Source: Eledone cirrhosa
Lineage: Eukaryota
Direction of reading: 5' to 3'
Assembly: GCA_964016885.1 (NCBI GenBank)
Contig: OZ024747.1
Coordinates: 91,140,001 to 91,204,000, forward strand
Length of the DNA: 64,000 nucleotides
Shown here: piece by piece, positions 54,693 through 64,000 of the stretch
How the letters are laid out: each line of letters starts with the position of its first letter
How positions within the stretch are numbered: the first letter of the stretch is position 1
Position numbers and translations under genes: made by a program
The notes under the pieces: generated by a model
Told to the model about the DNA's origin: nothing
Database searches by the model: none
The model's input: only the letters and a program-made list of their open reading frames with translations

Positions 54693-55466
54693 TTATTATG
54701 TGAGAAACTTCTTGTAACTAGCGGTGATGTTGGTCGAAGTACACGATGCTGTTACTGTGTCTGTCTTTCGATGGGTTGTGCTCCAGGTTTAAGGCGGTTG
54801 TATATAAAGTGACAATAAGAATTGCAGCTTTCTGTAAACTTTATTTCATATTACAAATAAATTATTCTATATTATTCACATATCCTGCTCTTTTTAACGC
54901 GTTGTTGTAGTATTCAGCGTTTTCATCAAATATAGCTTCATTGGCTGATATTTTATTAATTCATTTTTATTAATATTTGTATTTTAATATTAATAACTCT
55001 GGAAAATTATTTTTTGTAGAGTGCTTCCAATCTACTGTAAAACTCATTCTTTGATGTACTCTTTGAATCTTGTTTAACTCTTTTATATATATACATACAC
55101 ACACATGTATGTGTGTAAAACTCATTCTTTGATGTATTCATTGAACCTTGTGTAACTCTTAAATATATATATATATAAAGAAAATACATAAATATTATAT
55201 ATCTATATATAAATAAAAAGGTGAAAGGGGTAAACAAATAGTTGGGAATACTACAAATAATAAATAAATAAATAAATAGATAAAGGTATAAATGTTTATA
55301 GCTGATATAGAGCACTGAACAAGTTCCTGGAGCAAATAATCAATGAAAATAAACATTAAATCACTGTGTATGTAATTATGCATATACATACACATATATA
55401 TATATACACACACACACACAAAACCATACAAATACACATATATACATATATATACATACACATACT

Positions 55467-55500
<34 letters not shown>

Positions 55501-55771
55501 GAAAAAAGTATGATCCCGACAGCAGAGTTCAAGCCGTCTCTGGGGCAATTATATATATACATATATAAACATATACATATATATAAAAAAAATACACATA
55601 TACACACACACACATATCTACAAAAAGTTACATCACCACCTTAATAAAAATACACACACACCTATAAGCACACACACACACACATATATATATACATACA
55701 CACAGACATATACATACAGATATATATGAAATGCAACTATATACACACATACATATACATATATATATAAT

Positions 55772-55857
<86 letters not shown>

Positions 55858-56282
55858 TATATACACACATACACAACACATATATACACACAGAAATAAA
55901 TATCTATAAAAAAAAATGTGGTTATGTAAAGGGTAAGTTAGAAAGTAGGGGGGAATAAGGAAAATAAATGACATAGGGCAAAGTTTAAATATAAGGAGAG
56001 GTAAGGGAGAAAAGGAATATAAGAGTACAGAAAGTGAGTTCAGAAAGTAATAAAAATCGTAGTGGATGTAAGGCGTAGAGAGCAGAGAAGAAGTTCAAGG
56101 TGGTTGAGTCATTGTAGGAATGTCAATCCAGTTACAGATCAGATGTGATTTCAGGTGAGGACAACATCTGAAGATCTCGCTCTTGGAGTTCAGGCAAGTT
56201 GAAGTGGCTTTCAAGTTTTGTAGAATCCTAAATTTTGTATATATATATACAAATATATATATATATACAAATATATATATAT

Positions 56283-56407
<125 letters not shown>

Positions 56408-56856
56408 AATAAAAACAATGAATAAAAACAAAGAACAAGTTCTTTATATTACAAAATTCATCATTTTACGATCGTTTCTAGGATATATATATGCGCGTGT
56501 TGGTATGTATATCATATAGATCTATGTAAAATATTACAAACTATCAGAGGAAATAGATATACCTTCACATATATATGCTGTCTTCAGAAATGATGAGATT
56601 TGTTTATTGAAAAAAAAAACAACAAAGATTTAATATAATAGGTCTGTTTGGGAAGAGGTTTTGAATTGACCAATAGAAAAGTAGTAAGAGGTCAAGTTGA
56701 TAGAATAGTAGTAGTAGAAATTTAATTTAGGGGTAGAGGAGTGCAGACTTATGTTTTGAATGGAAAGAATACTTTGAATGAAAAGAATACTTTGGGGATG
56801 AAAAGAGGTCAAGCCGGTGAAAGGTACGCGAAAATTTGATGTTATTAAAGAATAAT

Positions 56857-57038
56857 TGTTTCTATTTTTGGCACAAAGACAGCGATTACCCAGAGCATTA
56901 CAGGTACTTTATTTTATCGACCCCGTAAGGATGAAAGGCAAAGTTAACCTCGGCGGGATTTGAACTCAGAATGGCAAGGGCCGTAACTCTATGCGTCAAA
57001 GCATGGCGTCCGACCCTCTACCGATACTGCCAATCCAC
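56857..57038 (-). mobile_element. Young SINE family A copy with a 13-bp TSD
   Basis: ATTAAAGAATAAT at 56844-56856 and 57039-57051. Confidence 0.9.
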
Positions 57039-57652
57039 ATTAAAGAATAATGTTAAAAAGGAAGGAAAGTAAAATTTTAGGGTAAGGGTATTAGTGAGAA
57101 ATACAAATCTTATATAAACCACAAGGAATATAGATCTATAACAAGAAATTAAATTAATTGATAGGTATACTTATAGGGATAAATTTATATTAATTCATAT
57201 GTATGTGCTAAATAAGAATTAGATGTTATTAAAGAATGTTGTTAAAAACGAAGGAAAATAAAATTTTGGGATAAGGGTAGTAGTGAGAAATACGAATCTT
57301 ATATAAACTACAAGGAATCTAGATCCATAACAGGAAATTAAATTAATTTATATGTATACTTTTAGTTATTAATTTTAGGAAAAGAGAGCTGTAAGAGGGA
57401 AATATAATTATAGGTTAACTAAATTAAAAAACTAATTATAATAATATGTAAAATATAAGTGTAAGGTGTATATTAATTAGGTTTATAATATTTGAAGGTT
57501 TATAATATTTGAAGATATAATTAATTCTTGTCGCTAATTTAATAGGATATCCTTAGATTTCATTATTTCAAAAAGTTCCTGGGAGTATAATCTACACTCA
57601 TATCCGTTATTTTGATAAGGGGTGGCCCTATTTGTATATATATATATATATT

Positions 57653-57698
<46 letters not shown>

Positions 57699-57737
57699 GA
57701 GATTACAGTAATCAAAGTTCAGTTTAAGTCATTTATT

Positions 57738-57784
57738 TGCTTACAATTGTTTCCTCCAAACCGAGGTTTGGAATCTTCGGAGCA
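57738..57784 (-). ncRNA. Hammerhead with a CCGAAGA core
   Basis: tgct CCGAAGA ttccaaac-ctcg-gtttggag GAAA caattg TA agca. Confidence 0.8.
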
Positions 57785-58014
57785 GTTATTTATAACATAA
57801 TTGACCTCCTTCTCAACCCAAGAGACACATAAAACATATGCGCATATTGATCAACAGTGGGGTGACATTCATTAAATGAAATAGCATGGCAATTTACATA
57901 TAAAGTGTTACATGATAAAAATAAAGTGTTACATAATAAAAATAAAATAAAATAAAAGCAAGAGTGAAAATAAAGATAAACATGAAGCGTTGGCAGTCTA
58001 TGAAGATAAAGCAT

Positions 58015-58265
58015 ATATTTATATATATTTGTATATATATATATATATATATTTGTATATATATATATATATAAATATATAAATATATATATATATATAT
58101 TTGTATATATATATCTATAAATATATAACTATATATATTTGTATATATATATTTGTATATATATTTGTATATATATATATTTGTGTATATATATATATAT
58201 GTGTATATGTATATATATATTTGTGTATATATATATATGTAAATATATATTTGTGTATATATATT

Positions 58266-58309
<44 letters not shown>

Positions 58310-58387
58310 AATATATATACAAATATATATATATATATATATATATACAAATATATATATATATATATATACAAATATATATATATA

Positions 58388-58455
<68 letters not shown>

Positions 58456-58469
58456 AATATATATATATA

Positions 58470-58526
<57 letters not shown>

Positions 58527-58744
58527 AAAAAGAGATGAAATCGTAAATGCAACTGGAGTTTTATTTTTTTTTTAAATATATATATTTATTTGGTTCCTTT
58601 ACCGGTTTCGCAGTTCTTCTGCTTTTCAAAAGGTGATATATATATATATATATATATATTTGTATATATATATATATATTTGTATATATATATATATATA
58701 TTTGTATATATATATATATATATTTGTATATATATATATATATT

Positions 58745-58835
<91 letters not shown>

Positions 58836-58922
58836 ATATATATATATATATTTGTATATATATATATATTTGTATATATATATATATATATATATTTGTA
58901 TATATATATATATATATATTTG

Positions 58923-58953
<31 letters not shown>

Positions 58954-59010
58954 ATATATATATATATTTGTATATATATATATATATTTGTATATATATA
59001 TATATATTTG

Positions 59011-59105
<95 letters not shown>

Positions 59106-59320
59106 ATATATATGTATATATATATATATATATATATACATTTGTATATATATATATTTGCATATATATATATATATACATTTATATATATGTATGTATA
59201 TATACATTTGTATATATATATATATTTGCATATATATATATATATACATTTATATATATGTATGTATATATATGTATATATATATATATCCATTTGTATA
59301 TATATATATATATACATTTG

Positions 59321-59351
<31 letters not shown>

Positions 59352-59440
59352 TTGTATATATATGTATGTATATATATACATTTGTATATATATGTATATA
59401 TATATATATCCATTTGTATATATATATATATATATCCATT

Positions 59441-59482
<42 letters not shown>

Positions 59483-59502
59483 TTTGTATATATATATACA
59501 TT

Positions 59503-59537
<35 letters not shown>

Positions 59538-59576
59538 TTGTATATATATATACGGTGTGTTACCTTTTCAACATAT

Positions 59577-59635
<59 letters not shown>

Positions 59636-59685
59636 TTGTATATATATATATATATATATACATTTGTATATATATATATATATAC

Positions 59686-59727
<42 letters not shown>

Positions 59728-59745
59728 TTGTATACATATATACTA

Positions 59746-59792
<47 letters not shown>
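58015..59792. repeat. (TA)n satellite of about 1.8 kb punctuated by TTTG/CATTTG
   Basis: Read directly; two short unique inserts. Confidence 0.95.
58596..58633 (-). ncRNA. Degenerate minimal hammerhead
   Basis: cctt TTGAAAA gcag-aagaa-ctgc GAAA ccgg TA aagg. Stems are intact; the core has two changes from CTGAAGA. Confidence 0.55.
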
Positions 59793-59796
<4 letters not shown>

Positions 59797-60252
59797 ATGT
59801 TGAAAAGGTAACACACCAGAGAGAGATATACAGTGCGTTATCAATAGAACAGGGAAAAAAACCACCAGTGTATGGAATCTATAACCTATGAAAGGCAGAC
59901 TATAGACATGATAATTAAAAATATAAATTAAAGCGCAAATAAATACCTCTATAACTATATAACACCCGTACAAATCCAAAGACACTAATCCAAAGATATG
60001 TTTCACCAACAATTTGTTGAAAAAAATGGGTTGCCGCGGTTCATCAGCGTGTGTAAGGCCATACATTTCAGACAACACTAAGAGAATTTTAAAATTGACT
60101 GTCCAGCTACACGTTGGAGAGAGAAGTCACAGCGTGTTTAAGGGCACTGAACTAGTGGCCTCTGACGGACGAACTGCTAGAAATGGCAACCCAAAGCCAC
60201 TCAGAGAAGTGTGCTCAAGAATAGCGAGGGCATATGCCTCCGTTAATTTATC

Positions 60253-60288
<36 letters not shown>

Positions 60289-60424
60289 ATATATATATTT
60301 GTATATATATATATTTGCATATACATATATATATTTGTGTATATATATATATGTACATATATATATATATTTGTATATTCATTGAGTAATCAATGAACCA
60401 TATTAATCTTTGGTTATATATTTG

Positions 60425-60519
<95 letters not shown>

Positions 60520-60891
60520 CTGTATATAAATAAGAGAAATACAGACAGGTATTGGAAGTTGTCAGTTTAGATTAACAAAAATATTTTTTCAGCTCAATAC
60601 TCGATACTTGGAAAGTAGAGTGCTGGTATTGTAAAGAGTTAATGCGCGGCGGTTGAGTTCTTTACAATATATAATATTATATATATATGTATTATATGAT
60701 ATTATATGATATTATATATATAATATTATATATATATATATATAGTATTATATATATAGTATATAGCATTATATATATATATACTGAAACAATGTATCTC
60801 TAGGTGTCTACTTATGAGATGGGACTATGTTGTGTATTCGTTAATTTTCCTGTCTTCGGCCATAATCCTTATTCATATATATATATTATAC

Positions 60892-60986
<95 letters not shown>

Positions 60987-61074
60987 AAGTTATATTTAAA
61001 ATTGTTGGGTTACAACTAGTAAATATTTATAACTGATATAAAAGCACTCGACAAATATTTGGAGTATATTTACA

Positions 61075-61440
61075 ATATTAAATAAATGGAAAACTATATT
61101 TATAAAACCATATTTATTTCATTATATATATTTCGGGGATATCATATTAACAATATGCTATGCCTTCATCAGACAAAATACAATATAAACAGTTTTATAG
61201 ATAAATATATTCGACATACCGTAATAAACATCAACTTCATTTGAAGAGGTTTACTCTAGAGTAAACCTCTTCAAATGAAGTTGATGTTTATTACGGTATG
61301 TCGAATATATTTATCTATAAAACTGTTTATATTGTATTTTGTCTGATGAAGGCATAGCATATTGTTAATATGATATCCCCGAAATATATATAATGAAATA
61401 AATATGGTTTTATAAATATAGTTTTCCATTTATTTAATAT
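61075..61440. repeat. 366-bp loopless palindrome centred at 61257/61258
   Basis: ...GAGGTTTACTCT|AGAGTAAACCTC...; the arms mirror out to the ends. Confidence 0.9.
61335..61400 (+). ncRNA. Type I hammerhead (mirror copy at 61115-61180 on the minus strand)
   Basis: tattttgt CTGATGA a gg..catatt-gtt-aatatg..cc GAAA tatata TA atgaaata. Confidence 0.75.
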
Positions 61441-61486
61441 ATATATATATATATATATATCAACTAGAAATTGATTGACATATATG

Positions 61487-62276
61487 TCTCGGTGGGGGGG
61501 GGGGGGTCAACTACAGTAAAACATGCTACTAAATACGTTGGTAGACAATAGACACCTTTATTATATATAAAAATCATTTCTATATATAGAAGTCTTATAT
61601 ATATATATATACATATATATCCAAAAGTAATTAAATTAAATTAAATTAAGGGAGTTATGTCCGAGACATGCGCCATATCCACCGTAGAATAAGCTGAAAG
61701 ATTCCAATGAATAGATCCGAGCATTTTATATCAACTAGAAATTGATTGACATATATATATATTTAAAATAAACACATGAAACAATCACAGGGGGTAATTT
61801 GTAAAGTGTGTAATCACACATAGCTCGGTAGGTAACTAATTGAAGTTTAACTAGAGCTTCAAATATTACCTTTTCAAAAATGCTAATCATTTTTTAAAAG
61901 GTAATATTTGAAGCTCTAGTTAAACTTTAATTAGTTACCTACCGAGCTATGTGTGATTACACACTTTACAAATTACCCCCTGTGATTGTTTCATGTGTTT
62001 ATTTTAAATATATATATATGTCAATCAATTTCTAGTTGATATAAAATGCTCGGATCTATTCATTGGAATCTTTCAGCTTATTCTACGGTGGATATGGCGC
62101 ATGTCTCGGACATAACTCCCTTAATTTAATTTAATTTAATTACTTTTGGATATATATGTATATATATATATATGACTTCTATATATAGAAATGATTTTTA
62201 TATATAATAAAGGTGTCTATTGTCTACCAACGTATTTAGTAGCATGTTTTACTGTAGTTGACCCCCCACCGAAACA
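61487..62276. repeat. Hairpin of about 790 bp (arms about 390 bp, 5-nt loop near 61885) with an internal direct repeat
   Basis: The arms mirror with a few substitutions; 61458-61486 is repeated at 61729-61757. Confidence 0.9.
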
Positions 62277-62288
62277 ACTCGGGAACCT

Positions 62289-62363
<75 letters not shown>

Positions 62364-62369
62364 TGTATG

Positions 62370-62418
<49 letters not shown>

Positions 62419-62559
62419 AATAAATATATATATATATTATATATATAAATATATATATATATTATATATATAAATATATATATTATATATAGAGTTACAA
62501 ACTCAAAATAGTCTTTTACAATTAAATAGTTCAAAGAAGGGAATATTTCCGAGCCTTGT

Positions 62560-62665
62560 AATACAAATGAATATATGCGAGGGATGAACATTCGTAGAAG
62601 TATACATATTGCAATACGAACACATGTATACTTCTACCAGTGTTCATCCCTCGCATATATTCATT

Positions 62666-62670
<5 letters not shown>
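62560..62670. repeat. Short fold-back with arms of about 47 bp next to (TA)n
   Basis: ATACAAATGAATATATGCGAGGGATGAACA..GTAGAAGTATACAT mirrors ATGTATACTTCTAC..TGTTCATCCCTCGCATATATTCATTTGTAT. Confidence 0.8.
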
Positions 62671-62748
<78 letters not shown>

Positions 62749-63117
62749 ATATATATATTCAGTTATTAGGAGTATTCCAAAGCTTAGTAGAACAAGTTGT
62801 GAGGAAAGTTCTCAACATAAGTTAAGGTGACTCGAGAGGTTGGTAGGGATTCTGTAGTGGAATCACGAACAAACGAGGAGTGTAATCAAAGAAGAGAAAT
62901 AGGACGAAGGTAAACAGTTACAAAAGAATTTAATCCACGTATTAACAATTGTTTCATCAGAATTTCAGTCCATTATTGCTACACTATGTTATAATAGGCA
63001 ATCAGAAAGATACTGTGGCATCAGAATTTTCAAAATACAAAGTTGGAATGACCTTAGGAAATGAAATAAAGGGTAGTAGTGTAAGATAGAGGAACAGAGA
63101 GAGAGAGGGGCAAAAGA

Positions 63118-63193
<76 letters not shown>

Positions 63194-63452
63194 AGGGATA
63201 GAGGTTGGGAGAGAAAGAGAAAGAGATAGTGTGGTGTGAGAGGATTTGTATAGGGAGGGGGAGGAGGGCTGTGTGTTAAAAGTTGTGATGAGTAGAGGGA
63301 GAGAGAAGGAAGATAGAATTTTAAGAGGCATTTGGAAGTGGACAGGCGAAAGTCTTACCAGAGAACAGATGAAGGAAGAAAGTATTAAATTTCATATATA
63401 GTCTATTTTTAGGGGTGTAGAATTGTTATTTAGGGTAGAAAGATAGGTAGTG

Positions 63453-64000
63453 TTAGGATTTGGTTGAAGGTTTGAAGTGTGAGAATTTCGCTTTCAGTTT
63501 ATGCTGGCAAAAAATTGACCTTTCAATTTTGTTGTTGAGTAGTTGGTGGCTTGAGCTTAGAATATGGAAGAGCTCATTATTACACAACGGGCACGTTTTC
63601 ATCCCACTCCGGTATGGAGGAGCATGTGAGAGTTTGGTCCATTTAAGGGTGTATTGTCGGTTACTCCCTTTTAAGTGCCAAATTTTGTCGGCGAGAGTCG
63701 TTACGTAACGGTGTTGGTGGTGCTTTATTGCGTAACGATGCGTGTACCAACGAGTTTTGAAGGTGTTTGCAGTGCTGCCTATGTAGTACCAGGTTTGGTT
63801 GCCCGACTCAACCGAGCACCTGTATACTAGGTTTGAATGCAAACATTCGTTATTCAATGGACAAGTCTCTGGAAGGTGGCAATTACAATTTCTGTTATGG
63901 GCAGTGGTGGAGTTATAGGTGGGCTGGGATGTGTGTGTGAGTGTGTTTTGTGCATACTGATTGTTAGTGGGTGGTTGTGTATTAGGTGTATTATTGTGTT
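63453..64000 (-). mobile_element. Penelope-like GIY-YIG endonuclease (the element runs off the window; 3' UTR to about 62760)
   Basis: NCNCH..TCPLNNECL; LVYRCSV..YYIGSTANTFKTRWYTH..CPLCNNE..LLNNK..CQH. Confidence 0.9.

Noticed and set aside
54690-54856. Possible short solo LTR
   Set aside because: No clear TG..CA ends with a TSD, and no second copy in the window.
62940-63030. HHR in the 3' end of the third Penelope (minus-strand CTGATGC ... GAAACAATTGTT)
   Set aside because: The core is altered and stem II is unclear. The position is plausible but the fold is not supported.

Overview
Repeat-saturated, AT-rich, non-genic (intronic or intergenic) eukaryotic DNA. It is most likely from an octopus or other coleoid cephalopod, an inference from the SINE families and the microsatellite load. 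I see no convincing host gene, and nearly all ORFs in the track are microsatellite artefacts. Recognisable content: about 25 copies of one tRNA-derived SINE plus other SINEs; three Penelope-like (GIY-YIG) retroelements, two of them with inverted pseudo-LTRs; fragments of Tx1/L1, Dong/R4, RTE and CRE-like LINEs; mariner and hAT relics and MITEs; many micro- and minisatellites; and a 200-N gap. The main hidden signal, read by eye, is an unusually dense and diverse set of type I hammerhead ribozyme (HHR) motifs: about 12 distinct sequences, plus a 9-copy family carrying an HHR 3' half. They sit in Penelope pLTRs and in short non-coding fold-back or tandem units, mostly embedded in (TA)n tracts. 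They include U4->C core variants, one HHR with an 85-nt branched stem II, palindromes that encode a ribozyme on both strands, and a 318-bp retrozyme-like monomer. Folds were derived by manual base pairing and ribozyme activity is untested.
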